From: an uncultured delta proteobacterium
GTDB lineage: Bacteria > Myxococcota_A > Polyangia > Polyangiales > JAFGIB01
Direction of reading: 5' to 3'
Length of the DNA: 64,000 bases
NCBI GenBank assembly: GCA_963778655.1
Contig: CAVZVA010000009.1
Span: forward strand, 1,498,606 to 1,562,605
Within the stretch, counting starts at the first letter, position 1; the number at the start of each line of letters is the position of its first letter. A program made the translations under genes and the position numbers. The notes beneath the pieces are model-generated. The model was not told the origin of the DNA, did no database searches, and saw only the letters and a program-made list of their open reading frames with translations. Below are positions 50,821 through 61,961 of this stretch, piece by piece.

Positions 50821-51958
50821 CGTCGCCCTGCTGCACTACCAATACGGCCCGTATCACGTGGCCCGGGCCCGTGCGCTCGAGCAGCGGCTGGAAGGCCGTG
50901 TGTGTTTCGTTCAGCTCGCATCGGCCGAAGGGCAGCGGGAGTGGCAGGTGCGCGGTCCCGCGCCAAGCATCGTGACCCTCGCCGCCGGCACGCTGGAGCA
51001 GCTCCCCGAGCGCCGGCTCGCGAGGCTGATGGACGAGACGCTCGACCGGGTGCGGCCTGGCGCGGTGGCGATCGCGGGCTATGCGCACGGCGCGATGCGC
51101 GCGGCGGCGCGCTGGTGCCGGCGCAATCGTGCCGCATCCATTCTGCTCTCTGACTCGCACCAGGCAGATCGACCCAGGCATCGGGCAAAGGAGTGGGCCA
51201 AGCGCGCCTGGGTGTCTCACCACTTCGACGCGGCGTTCACGGCGGGCGCCGCGTCCGCCGCCTATGCCCGGACGCTGGGCTTCGCCGCGTCGCGGATCTG
51301 GCGCGGCTATGACGTGGTCGACAACGCGGCGTTCGCGCAAGGCGCGGCGCTGGCGCGGGACCGCGGTTGCTCGCTGCCGCGCGAGCTCGGTCTGCCGGAG
51401 CACAGCTTCTTGTACGTCGGCCGCTTCAGCCCCGAGAAGAACCTGCACGCGTTGCTGGACGCGATGGCGGAGTACCGGCGGCAGGCGGGCGGGGGCGCGT
51501 GGGGGCTGCTGTTGGTCGGCGGCGGCCCCGAGGCGGCGTCGCTCGAGCGCCGAGCGGCGGCAATGCGCGGCAGCGTGGCCGTGACCGGCTTCCGCCAAGC
51601 CGATCGGCTGGTCGAAGCCTACGCGGCGGCCGCGGCACTGATCCTCCCGAGCACCAGCGAGCCCTGGGGCCTGGTCGTCAACGAGGCCATGGCGTGCGGG
51701 CTTCCAATCCTCGTGTCGGATCGCGCCGGTGTGGCCCGCGATCTCGTCTTCCCTGGCGTCAACGGCTATGTGTTCGATCCGGAAGACCGGCAAGACATGG
51801 TCGACGCCATGCTCCGCCTCTCCTCGGAGCGAGTCGATCGGCGCGCCATGGGAGTCGCCTCGGAGCGCATCATCGCCAACTTCACGCCCGAGACATGGGC
51901 CGCGGCGTTGAGCGATTGCATCGAGGTCACGCTCGGTCGCCGGGCACGGGGTTACTGA
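50813..51958 (+). CDS. Glycosyltransferase family 4
   Basis: GPYHVAR, FLYVGRFSPEKN, SEPWGLVVNEAMACGLP. Confidence 0.9.
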   Translation: MVDVALLHYQYGPYHVARARALEQRLEGRVCFVQLASAEGQREWQVRGPAPSIVTLAAGTLEQLPERRLARLMDETLDRVRPGAVAIAGYAHGAMRAAARWCRRNRAASILLSDSHQADRPRHRAKEWAKRAWVSHHFDAAFTAGAASAAYARTLGFAASRIWRGYDVVDNAAFAQGAALARDRGCSLPRELGLPEHSFLYVGRFSPEKNLHALLDAMAEYRRQAGGGAWGLLLVGGGPEAASLERRAAAMRGSVAVTGFRQADRLVEAYAAAAALILPSTSEPWGLVVNEAMACGLPILVSDRAGVARDLVFPGVNGYVFDPEDRQDMVDAMLRLSSERVDRRAMGVASERIIANFTPETWAAALSDCIEVTLGRRARGY

Positions 51959-51959
51959 C

Positions 51960-53081
51960 GTGCGGGTGCTGCACGTGTTGCCGACGCGCTCGCAGGCCTA
52001 CGGGGGCCCGGTCCGGGTCGCGGAAGCCCTTGGCGCGCAGCTCGCTCGCAGCGGACACGGCGTGACGATTTCTCCCGCTGCCGGGGCGCCGGCTTCGATC
52101 GGGACCCGGGTGGCGTACTGGCCCGGCTTGGGCGCATTGCGTGCACTGGGAGCCCAGGTGCGCAGTGCCGATCTGGTGCACGTTCACGGGCTTTGGACGG
52201 TGCCGACGAGCGGCGCCGCTGCGTGGGCCCGTGCGCTCGGACGCCCTTACGTGATCACGCCCCACGGCATGCTGGACCGCTGGTCGCTCGGCCACAATGC
52301 CGGTCGCAAGAAACTCTATGCGGCGCTGATCGAGCGAGCCAACTTGGACGCGGCCGCGGCACTGCACTTCTTCAACGAGGAGGAGCGCGAAGAGGCGCGC
52401 GCCTTTGGCCTCAAGGCACCGACCTTCTTGCTTCCCAACGGAGTCGACCTCGAGGCGTTCGCCGACTTGCCGGGCCGAGAGGCGCTCGACCTCCGCTACC
52501 CCGAAGCGCGCGGCAAACAGGTGATCTTGTTCCTGGGCAGGCTTCACGCCAAGAAGGGTCTGCCCTTGCTGGTGCAGGCCATGGCTCGGATCGCGCCGGC
52601 ACGACCCGACACACTGCTGGTAATCGCCGGTCCGCAAGAGGGCGGCCACGGGGCCGAGATCGAAGCACTGGTCGCGCGAGAGCGGCTGCAAGGGCGCGTG
52701 ATCTTCACCGGACCGGTGGCCGGAGAGAACAAGCGCGTGCTGCTTGGCGGCTCAGATCTTTTCGTGCTCGCGTCGCACCAGGAGGGCGATTCGGTGGCCG
52801 TGAAGGAAGCCCTCGCCGCAGGTTTGCCGGTCGTGATCACCCATGCTTGTCACTTTCCCGAGGTGGCGCGGGAGCCCGCGGGCCTGATCGTCAATCCCTC
52901 CGTGGACGAGGTGAGGCAGGCGCTGCAGCGATTGCTCGGCGATGACAAGCTGCGCGCGCGACTCTCAACCAATGCGCGGGCGCTGATCGAGCGAGAATAT
53001 CGCTGGGACCGGCTGGGCGCTCGCCTCGCGGAGCAATACGAGGAGCTGCTGGCACGCCGCCGCAGCCGCATTGCAGCGTAA
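51960..53081 (+). CDS. Glycosyltransferase family 4
   Basis: HVHGLW, ITPHGMLD, FLGRLHAKKG, SHQEGDSVAVKEALAAGLP. Confidence 0.9.
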   Translation: MRVLHVLPTRSQAYGGPVRVAEALGAQLARSGHGVTISPAAGAPASIGTRVAYWPGLGALRALGAQVRSADLVHVHGLWTVPTSGAAAWARALGRPYVITPHGMLDRWSLGHNAGRKKLYAALIERANLDAAAALHFFNEEEREEARAFGLKAPTFLLPNGVDLEAFADLPGREALDLRYPEARGKQVILFLGRLHAKKGLPLLVQAMARIAPARPDTLLVIAGPQEGGHGAEIEALVARERLQGRVIFTGPVAGENKRVLLGGSDLFVLASHQEGDSVAVKEALAAGLPVVITHACHFPEVAREPAGLIVNPSVDEVRQALQRLLGDDKLRARLSTNARALIEREYRWDRLGARLAEQYEELLARRRSRIAA

Positions 53082-53252
53082 GGGCTCGCACACCGCTCGT
53101 GGTGACTGAATCCCCGGTTGCACGGCCTGGCCACTTCGACTACCCCGCTTTGTCGGGCCTGAACATCGAGCCGCCGGCCACCAAGACTGCGCGTGCCCGG
53201 CTTCGCGGCTTGCTTGGACCCACAGCTTCAACCCAGCTGAGCTGGGCGGAGC

Positions 53253-53285
53253 GATGCTCTATGTGGTGCCTTGGTTCGTTGGTCT
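53253..53285. other. 33-nt non-palindromic spacer at the fold-back centre, resembling mis-called Nanopore adapter sequence
   Basis: With flanks reads AGCGATGC-TCTATGTGGTGCCTTGGTTCGTTGGTCTGCT; compare adapter strands AGCAATACG... and ...ATGTACTTCGTTCAGTTACGTATTGCT (recalled, not aligned by tool). Confidence 0.65.
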
Positions 53286-53451
53286 GCTCCGCCCAGCTCA
53301 GCTGGGTTGAAGCTGTGGGTCCAAGCAAGCCGCAAAGCCGGGCACGCGCAGTCTTGGTGGCCGGCGGCTCGATGTTCAGGCCCGACAAAGCGGGGTAGTC
53401 GGAGTGGCCAGGCCGTGCAACCGCGGAATCGCCGCCCGAGCGGTGCGAGCC

Positions 53452-54569
53452 CTACGCTGCAATGCGGCTGCGGCAGCATGCCAGCAGCTCCTGGTATTCT
53501 TCCGCGAGGCGAGCGCCCAGCCGGTCCCGGCGATATGTTCGCTCGATCAGCGCCCGCGCATTGGTTGAGCATCGCGCGCAGCTGCTAATCGCCGAGCAAT
53601 GGCTGCAGCGCCTGCCTCGCCTCGTCCACGGAGGAGATTGAGCGATCAGGCCCGCGAGCTACGGCGCCACCTCGGGAAAGTGGCAAGCATCGGTGATCAC
53701 GACCGGCGACCTGCGGCGAGGGCTTACTTCACGGCCACCGAATCGCCCTCCTGGTGCGACGCGGCACGAAAATCTGAGCCAGCAAGCAGCTCGCGCTTGT
53801 TCTCTCCGGCCACCGGTCCAGTGAAGATCACGCGCCCTTGCAGCCGCTCTCGCGCGACCAGTGCTTGGATCTCGGCCCCATGGCCGCCCTTTTGCGACCG
53901 GCGATTACCGGCGGTGCTGTAGGTCGTGCCGGCGCGATCGCGAGCCATGGCCTGCACCAGCAAGGGCAGACCCTTCTTCGCATGAAGCCTCCCCAGGAAC
54001 AGAGATCACCTGTTTGCGCGCGCTTCGGGGTAGCGGAGGTCGAGCGCCTCTCGGCCCGGCAAGTCGGCGAACGCCTCGAGGTCGACTCCGTTGGGAAGCA
54101 AGAAGGTCGGTGCCTTGAGGCCAAAGGCGCGCGCCTCTTCGCGCTCCTCCTCGTTGAAGAAGTGCAGTGCCGCGGCCGCGTCCAAGTTGGCTGGCTCGAT
54201 CAGCGCCGCATAGAGTTTCTTGCGACCGGCATTGTGGCCGAGCGACCAGCGGTCCAGCATGCCGTGGGGCGTGATCACGTAAGGGCGTCCGAGCGCACGG
54301 GCCCACGCAGCGGCGCCGCTCGTCGGCACCGTCCAAAGCCCGTGAACGTGCACCAGATCGGCACTGCGCACCTGGGCTCCCAGTGCACGCAATGCGCCCA
54401 AGCCGGGCCAGTACGCCACCCGGGTCCCGATCGAAGCCGGCGCCCCGGCAGCGGGAGAAATCGTCACGCCGTGTCCGCTGCGAGCGAGCTGCGCGCCAAG
54501 GGCTTCCGCGACCCGGACCGGGCCCCCGTAGGCCTGCGAGCGCGTCGGCAACACGTGCAGCACCCGCAC
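53452..54569 (-). pseudogene. Mirror copy of GT4 51960..53081, frameshifted
   Basis: Near-identical N-terminal ~185 aa, then fragmented. Confidence 0.7.
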
Positions 54570-54570
54570 G

Positions 54571-55705
54571 TCAGTAACCCCGTGCCCGGCGACCGAGCGT
54601 GACCTCGATGCAATCGCTCAACGCCGCGGCCCATGTCTCGGGCGTGAAGTTGGCGATGATGCGCTCCGAGGCGACTCCCATGGCGCGCCAATCGACTCGC
54701 TCCGAGGAGAGGCGGAGCATGGCGTCGACCATGTCTTGCCGGTCTTCCGGATCGAACACATAGCCGTTGACGCCAGGGAAGACGAGGATGAGGCCACACC
54801 GGCGCAATCCGACACGAGGATTGGAACCCGCACGCCATGGCCTCGTTGACGACCAGGCCCCAGGGCTCGCTGGTGCTCGGGAGGATCAGTGCCGCGGCCG
54901 CCGCGTAGGCTTCGACCAGCCAATCGGCTTGGCGGAAGCCGGTCACGGCCACGCTGCCGCGCATTGCCGCCGCTCGGCGCTCGAGCGACGCCGCCTCGGG
55001 GCGCCGCCAGCAACAGCAGCCCCCACGCGCCCCGCCCGCCTGCCGCCGGTACTCCGCCATCGCGTCCAGCAACGCGTGCAGGTTCTTCTCGGGGCTGAAG
55101 CGGCCGACGTCAAGGAGCTGTGCTCCGGCAGACCGAGCTCGCGCGGCAGCGAGCAACCGCGGTCCCGCGCCAGCGCCGCGCCTTGCGCGAACGCCGCGTT
55201 GTCGGCCAGCATAGACGCGCCAATGCAGGACGCGGCGAAGCCCAGCGTCCGGGCATAGGCGGCGGACGCGGCGCCCGCCGTGAACGCCCATCGAAGTGGT
55301 GAGACACCCAGGCGCGCTTGGCCCACTCCTTTGCCCGATGCCTGGGTCGAGATGCCTGGTGCGAGTCAGAGAGCAGAATGGATGCGGCACGATTGCGCCG
55401 GCACCAGCGCGCCGCCGCGCGCATCGCGCCGTGCGCATAGCCCGCGATCGCCACCGCGCCAGGCCGCACCCGGTCGAGCGTCTCGTCCATCAGCCTCGCG
55501 AGCCGGCGCTCGGGGAGCTGCTCCAGCGTGCCGGCGGCGAGGGTCACGATGCTTGGCGCGGGACCGCGCACCTGCCACTCCCGCTGCCCTTCGGCCGATG
55601 CGAGCTGAACGAAACACACCGGCCTTCCAGCCGCTGCTCGAGCGCACGGGCCCGGGCCACGTGATACGGGCCGTATTGGTAGTGCAGCAGGGCGACGTCA
55701 ACCAC
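54571..55705 (-). pseudogene. Mirror copy of GT4 50813..51958, frameshifted
   Basis: Fragments of the same protein across several frames. Confidence 0.7.
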
Positions 55706-56834
55706 GAAAGGGAGGCCTCCGCGACCGAGTCAGCGTACCGAAGTACCGCTCCGCGCAAGCCTTTGCGCCGAGGTGCTCCCGCGCGCGAGCGAACGCGCAA
55801 TCGGCCAACGCGCGCGCGAGGTCGGGCCGGGTCAAGAGCTCGGACAACCCCACTGCGAGCGCGTCCGGGTCCTGGGGTCTCACCAAGCGACCGGCTTCGC
55901 CTGCCGCCAGCACCTCCCGGCACGCCTCGACGTCGGAGGCGACGATGGGAGTCCCTGCCGCCATGGCTTCCGCCAGGACAATCCCAAAGCCCTCGTCGCG
56001 CGTGGTCGAGAACGCGAATACGTCCATGCCCCCGAGCAAGGCAGGCACGTCCGTCCGCTCACCCCAGAACCGCACCCACTCCGTAATGCCGAGCTCCGCC
56101 GCAAGTGCTTCGAGAGCCTGCCGGCGCTCGCCGTCGCCAATCAGCCAGAGCTCGCAGTTGCCGAGCTCGCTCTGCACGCGCGCGAACGCCCGCAGCAAGG
56201 TTTCGTAATCCTCTGATCGCGTTCAAGCGCGCGACCATGCCAATCACATGCGGGCCGCCCGGAGCGCGCTTCGCCCGCGCGGCGGCCGCCAGCGCATGCA
56301 CTCCTTCCACGTCGACCCCGTTGAGCACCGGCTCGGATCCAGCCGGCAGGGGACCCGCCAGAGCACGCAGCTCGCGATCGACCATCGCCGAACAGGACTT
56401 GATGGGCACGTGCAGGAGCCGGGATGCGATCACGATGCGCTTCCAGAGTTGCCGTTGCTTGGCGTCGAGGGGGGGAGGGTTGCCGGCGTGCACGAGCACG
56501 TTGCGAATCCCGGCCGCGAACGCCGCGACCGCGACCAGAAGGTGCAACCCGAAAGGATAGACCAAGACCGCATCGGCTCCAATCCTGCGCAGGTCGCGCG
56601 CCAGACCCAGCACGAAAGACACGCGGCTGTGCCGCGTGTACGCCAAATCATCAAGCTCAGGGCGGGGCAGGCTTCGAACACACCGCGCATCTCGGTTCGC
56701 GCCGGATCGAGGTTGACCACCACGTGCCGGAGCCCGGGCGGTGAACTCCTGATGAGCAGCAGACAAAAGCTCTCGATGCCGCCGAACCTCAGCCCATTCA
56801 CTACATGCGCGATCACGAGAGGACGCTCGGACAT
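55698..56834 (-). pseudogene. Mirror copy of GT4 49684..50820, frameshifted
   Basis: Same protein split across three ORFs. Confidence 0.7.
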
Positions 56835-56836
56835 CG

Positions 56837-57985
56837 TCAGGCCGCGAGATCGAGACATCTTGCGTACGCCTCCGCCATCGCCTCGATCGTGAATCGACGT
56901 TGCGCCCTTGCACGGGCCTCAGCGACCATAGCCTGCGCTTGCTCGGGGTCGTCCAGGATGCCTTCGATCGCAGCGGCGAGCGCCGCAGGGTCAGCCGGCT
57001 CCACCAGGCGGCCCAGGCAGCCCTGATCGAGCACCTCGCGACAGGCGCCCACGTCGGCGGCGGCGATCGGAACGCCCGCTGCCATCGCTTCCACCAGCGC
57101 GACGCCCTGGCCCTCGTCGGGCGTGGCGGCGAACGCGAACACGTCGAGCTGACCCAGCAACTCGGGGACATCACGCCGCACGCCAAGCAGTTTCACGGCG
57201 TCGGCCAGCCCGAGCTCGGCGATCAACGCCTCATACCCCGAACGGCGGCTACCATCGCCAATCAGCCACAGCTCGAGCGCGCGCCCGGAGTCTCGCAGCA
57301 TCTTGACCGCGCGGATCAACGTCGGCTGGTCCTTGTGGACCATCGAAGCGCGCCACCATGCCCACCACGCTGCCGCGGGAAGCGCCTCTACCCACGCGCG
57401 CTGCCGTCGCGCGCCGTGCAATCGCGTCGACATCGACCCCGTTGTAGATCACGACCGTTGCCGACTCCGGCACCGCAAGGCGGGTCACGACCCCGCGCTG
57501 CACGTAGGCGCTGCAACAGACGAGTGTGCTCGTCATGGGCCGTCCAGCCTGCACCAGCAGGCGAAACTTGGACAGCCTCGCGCTCAAGCCCAGGGACGGA
57601 TCGTTGCCGACATGGGCCGCGACCACAGGCACTCCCGCAAGCCGCGCCCCGAGCGCCAAGAACGCGTGCCAACCAAAGAGCATCGACAACACGGCATGCG
57701 GACGCTGCTCGCGGCATGCGGCGTAGATGTCCGCGACCATGCGCGCATAACGCGCGCGTCCCGATTGCGGAAGACCGAGGTCGCGAACGGCGATGTGCTC
57801 GCGCTCGAACTCCGGCGCCAGGTCTTTGGGAGACGATGACAACGTGAGAACCGCCGGCTCGATGCCCATCGCCCTGAATCTGCGGCAAAGGTCCAGCACA
57901 AGCACGGGCGTGCCTTCCGCGCACAGCGACTTCAGTACGATGAGCAAGCGTCGGGCTCGCCGGACATGGACTGGGACAAGGTCAT
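56837..57985 (-). pseudogene. Mirror copy of GT4 48533..49681, frameshifted
   Basis: Same protein split across ORFs 57249..57947 and 56837..57433. Confidence 0.7.
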
Positions 57986-58997
57986 CGCTCCAGCAGAGCC
58001 CGATAGATCTCCAGATATCGATCCGCGATCACGCGCGGAGAGAAGCGCTGCTCACAGGTGCGCCGGCACGCAGCCCGAATCCAGCTCGTCTATCCGCTTG
58101 GCAAACGACACCATCTCGTCGGGACTATCGCACAGAAAGCCGTTTCGGCCGTGGTCGATTACCTCGGGCATGGCGCCCCGTCGCATCGCAAGCACCGGGG
58201 TCCCGGCCGCCATGCTTTCGGCTACGACCATGCCGAACGGTTCCTCCCACTGAATCGGAAACAACAGCGCACGCGCATTGCCCAGAAAGTCGGTCTTCTG
58301 CGCATCATTGATCTCCCCAATCCACTCAATCTTTCCGCCGAGGCGCGGGCGCACTTCGCGTGCGAAGAACTCCGCCACACCGGGCTCGTTCGGGATATTG
58401 CCGCGATCTTGAGCGGCAACCCCAGTGCCTGGGCAACATCGATCGCCACGTGCACCCCCTTATAGGGAGTCAGCCGGCCGAGGAATGCGAGGTAGTCGCC
58501 ACCCGGGCGCTCTCTAAACCGAAATTCCTCGGCGTTGACCGCGTTGTACACCGTCCACCAATCAGCCGACGGAAGGCCTCGACGATACGAATCGCTAGGG
58601 CTCACGAGGGCGAGCCGATCGCGACCACTCGCCAAGTCCGAGACCGACTCGGCCGCAATCTTGTTCTGAAGGGTGATTACGATTGGCAGCTTTGTGCGAA
58701 GTAGCGCCCAGAGGTAGTCGGTGCGGCCAATGTTGTGAACGACATCAGCGTCTAGCGCGGCGCGCAGGCTGGTGACCTGAAACAGGAGCTTGCGATAAGC
58801 GCGCGAACGAAAGCGCCTGCTCGGTGGCCGGTGAGTCCACAGCTCGCCGAAGTTCCGAGACCCGACGCCAGCCAGCAGGCGTACGTGATGGCCCCGCCGC
58901 GCCATCTCCGCACAAATCAAGGCGGCATTGCGTTCAGCGCCCCCGTAGCCGAGCGGGGCACGGGAAGTACGGGGTCGGCAATGAACGTGATGCGCAT
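57982..58997 (-). pseudogene. Mirror copy of GT4 47520..48536, frameshifted
   Basis: Same protein split across ORFs 58222..59286 and 58052..58378. Confidence 0.7.
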
Positions 58998-59179
58998 TGC
59001 GGGGTGGCCGAGGCACGCTGTCTTTATCCCGGGATGCCGGTCCACACAAGCGGGAGCCGCCGGGCGCTGTGCTCTGTTCCTGCGGTACCGAGGACAGCAG
59101 CAGGTGTGCGTCGTCAGCGAGCTTGCAGCCTAGAACGGACCCGCTATCATCCCAGCCCATCAAAAAAGTCGAGGCGCGA

Positions 59180-59664
59180 ATGCTTTCGAACCGCAAGTTT
59201 TCTGCGCTTGTAGAGCAGGGCACATTCCCGAGCAAGTGGCAGTACCGCTCGAGGCGCCGTTCGTGAACGCCAACGGCGAGATCCAAAATCTGCTACTCGA
59301 GCGTTTCACCAGCGCAGCGCTGATCAAGTCCGTGGCTGGCGCCGTTCGTGCCAATCACTATCACAAGACCGACTGGCACTACTCGTACGTGCTCACTGGG
59401 ACCGTCTGGTACTACTGGCGGCCGGCAAACTCACGCGAGCAGCCGCAGCGCCAGGACTTTCCTGCAGGCACGATGTTCTTCACTCCACCCATGGTGGAGC
59501 ACGCGATGGTGTTCCCGGAGGAGACGGCGTTCTTGACCTTTGCGAAGAACGTGCGGGACCACGAGCACCACGAGGCGGACCTCGTCAGGGTCACGCTGGT
59601 CGAGGTCAAGGCCAACGCGCGCGCCAAGGCTGGCTGGGACGTCACGTTTCCCGTGACGAAATGA
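59180..59664 (+). CDS. Mirror copy of the cupin gene (frameshift near 5' end)
   Basis: VRANHYHK region near-identical to 46851..47336. Confidence 0.65.
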
Positions 59665-60909
59665 ACAGCTCCTACAGACGGCGACGGTCATGCGCGCTGT
59701 GCGCCGCTGGCGAGCAGCAACTCCAGGAGGTCCTGCGTCTCGCTCCCACGCCGCCGGCGAACGAGTTCGTGCCGGATCCAGCCGTGCAGCAGGATACGGT
59801 CCCCCTCACGCTGCTCCTGTGTCGGGAGTGCGGCCACCTGCAGCTTGCGGAAATCGTCGATCCCGAACGCTTGTTTCGACGCTACGTGTACGTGTCGGGC
59901 ACTTCGCCGGTGTTCGTGGAGCACTTCCGGCGATATGCCTCGGACGCGGTTGCGAGGTTCGGCCTGGAATCCGAGCTCGCTCGTAGTCGAGGTTGGCTCT
60001 AACGACGGGACTTTGCTCAAGCAGTTCCAGGCTCAGGGGGTGTCGAACGTTCTGGGCATCGACCCGGCCGCAGAGATGGTCAAGGCCGCCCAGGCTGCGG
60101 GCGTTCCAACCCTCGAGGGATTCTTCACCACCGATCTCGCCGACCGGATTCGTCGTGAACGCGGGCCGGCGGCATTCGTGTGTGCGAACAATGTCTTCGC
60201 CCACGCCGAAGACTTGCGTGGATTCGCCGAAGGAGTGCGCACGTTGCTTGCCGACGACGGCGTCTTCACGTTCGAGGTCTCGTACCTCGTGGATGTCGTC
60301 CAGAAGCTGCTGTTCGACACCATCTATCACGAGCACCTCGCGTACCACGCGCTGGGTCCGCTGGCTCGCTTCTTCGCCGCCCTCGAGATGCGGCTGTTCG
60401 ACGCCGAACAAATCGACAGCCATGGCGGCTCGATCCGTTGCTACGTCGGCGCCCCCGGATCGCGCCATCGCGAAACCGAGCGGTTGTCCGCGCTGCTCCA
60501 AGTCGAGCGCGATCTCGGCCTGTTTGCCCCTCATGTCTACGAACATTTCGGTCGGCGCATCCAGGAACGCGGCGCCCAGGTGCGCCAACGCCTGGCCGCG
60601 CTGCGAAAAGAGGGCAAGCGCTTCGCCGGTTTCGGCACGCCGGCGAAGCTGGCCGCGTTGATGTACGCCTTCGGTATCGAGGGCTCCAGCGTCGACTTCA
60701 TCGTCGACGATTCGCCGTGGAAGCAGGGCCTCTACACGCCTGGCATGCACATCCCGGTGGTACCTTCGGCCGCGCTCTATGAGCGCCGGCCCGACTACTG
60801 CGTGATTTTTGCCTGGAACTTCGCCGACGCGATCATCGCAAAGCATTCGGCATACACCGACCAGGGCGGTCACTTCATCGTTCCACTTCCGGAGCTGCGA
60901 GAGGTCTGA
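59661..60909 (+). CDS. Mirror copy of the C-methyltransferase (frameshift near 59967)
   Basis: MNSSYRRRRSCALC N-terminus intact here; frame breaks at a different site than in the left copy. Confidence 0.7.
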
Positions 60910-61961
60910 TGGGCTTTCTGCTGGACAGCGACATTGATGAGATCTGCGGGCGGATCGGAGAGACGGCAGGTGAATTTGCTGGCAAACGCATCCTGATCAC
61001 GGGCGCGCGCGGGTTCCTGGGCCGGTACTTCACCGAGGTGCTGCTCAAGCTCAATGCTTCAGGTACCGGTGAGCCGTGCGAGATCATCGCGATCGACAAC
61101 CTGGTCACCTCCGGACAGCTCGGTGCCGAATTGCCGCGCAATCGCAGCTTCGCCTTCGTCAATCACGACATCGTCAAGCCCTTCTATCCCGAAAGACCGG
61201 TCGACTTCGTGATGCACCTCGCTGGCATCGCCAGCCCCTACTACTACCGGAAGTGGCCGCTAGAAACCCTGGAGGTTGCGACCGCTGGCCTCAAGAACGT
61301 GCTCGAGCTCGCCAAGGCCAGCTCCGCGCGCTTGTTGTTCTTCTCGTCGAGTGAAATCTACGGCGATCCCGACCCAAACCACGTGCCTACCAAGGAGAGC
61401 TATCACGGCAATGTGTCGTCCCTCGGCGCGCGGGCTTGCTATGACGAGTCGAAACGCCTGGGCGAGACGCTGGTGCGCATCTACCACACGCACTTCGGCG
61501 TCAAGGGCACGATCGTGCGCCCGTTCAACGTGTATGGGCCGGGCATGCAGAAGCTCGATTACCGCGTGCTGCCAAACTTCGCGGCGAAGATCCTGGCCGG
61601 CGAGCCCGTCAGCGTGTACGGAACGGGCAAGCAGACCCGGACGTTTTGCTACGTCACCGACGCAATCGTCGGTTTCCTCAACGTGCTGGTGAATGGCCAA
61701 TCGGGCGAGCCCTACAACATCGGCAATCCCAAGCCGGAGATCTCGATGTTGGAGCTCGTGCAGACGGTCGCGCGCCTCATGCCGGAGCTCAATGTCGAGT
61801 ACCGGCTGATCGAGCATCCTGACACTTACCCGGCCGACGAGCCGCAGCGCCGGTGTCCCGACCTGACCAAAGCGCGCCTCCAGGTCGGGTACGAGCCCAC
61901 AGTCGGGCTCGATGACGGGCTGCAGCGGTTCTTTCGCTGGGCCAAGACCGCCTACGCATGA
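60909..61961 (+). CDS. Mirror copy of the UXS-like SDR
   Basis: Translation matches 44554..45606. Confidence 0.75.
   Translation: MGFLLDSDIDEICGRIGETAGEFAGKRILITGARGFLGRYFTEVLLKLNASGTGEPCEIIAIDNLVTSGQLGAELPRNRSFAFVNHDIVKPFYPERPVDFVMHLAGIASPYYYRKWPLETLEVATAGLKNVLELAKASSARLLFFSSSEIYGDPDPNHVPTKESYHGNVSSLGARACYDESKRLGETLVRIYHTHFGVKGTIVRPFNVYGPGMQKLDYRVLPNFAAKILAGEPVSVYGTGKQTRTFCYVTDAIVGFLNVLVNGQSGEPYNIGNPKPEISMLELVQTVARLMPELNVEYRLIEHPDTYPADEPQRRCPDLTKARLQVGYEPTVGLDDGLQRFFRWAKTAYA

Larger units (their letters stand above)
42515..53252 (+). repeat. Left arm of a >10.7-kb inverted repeat (original sequence)
   Basis: Reverse complement of 53286-64000; far from the centre paired coordinates sum to 106515 (44554/61961, 43607/62908). 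Confidence 0.97.

Noticed and set aside
53099..53398. Self-mirroring ORFs across the palindrome centre, and a possible hairpin telomere or giant cruciform
   Set aside because: The ORFs are chimeras of a truncated gene start, the spacer and its own reverse complement; the adapter-like spacer and error gradient favour an artefact.
53452..58997. Five glycosyltransferase pseudogenes as a decaying duplication
   Set aside because: Differences are mainly indels and GATC-linked substitutions graded by distance from the centre, unlike evolutionary decay.
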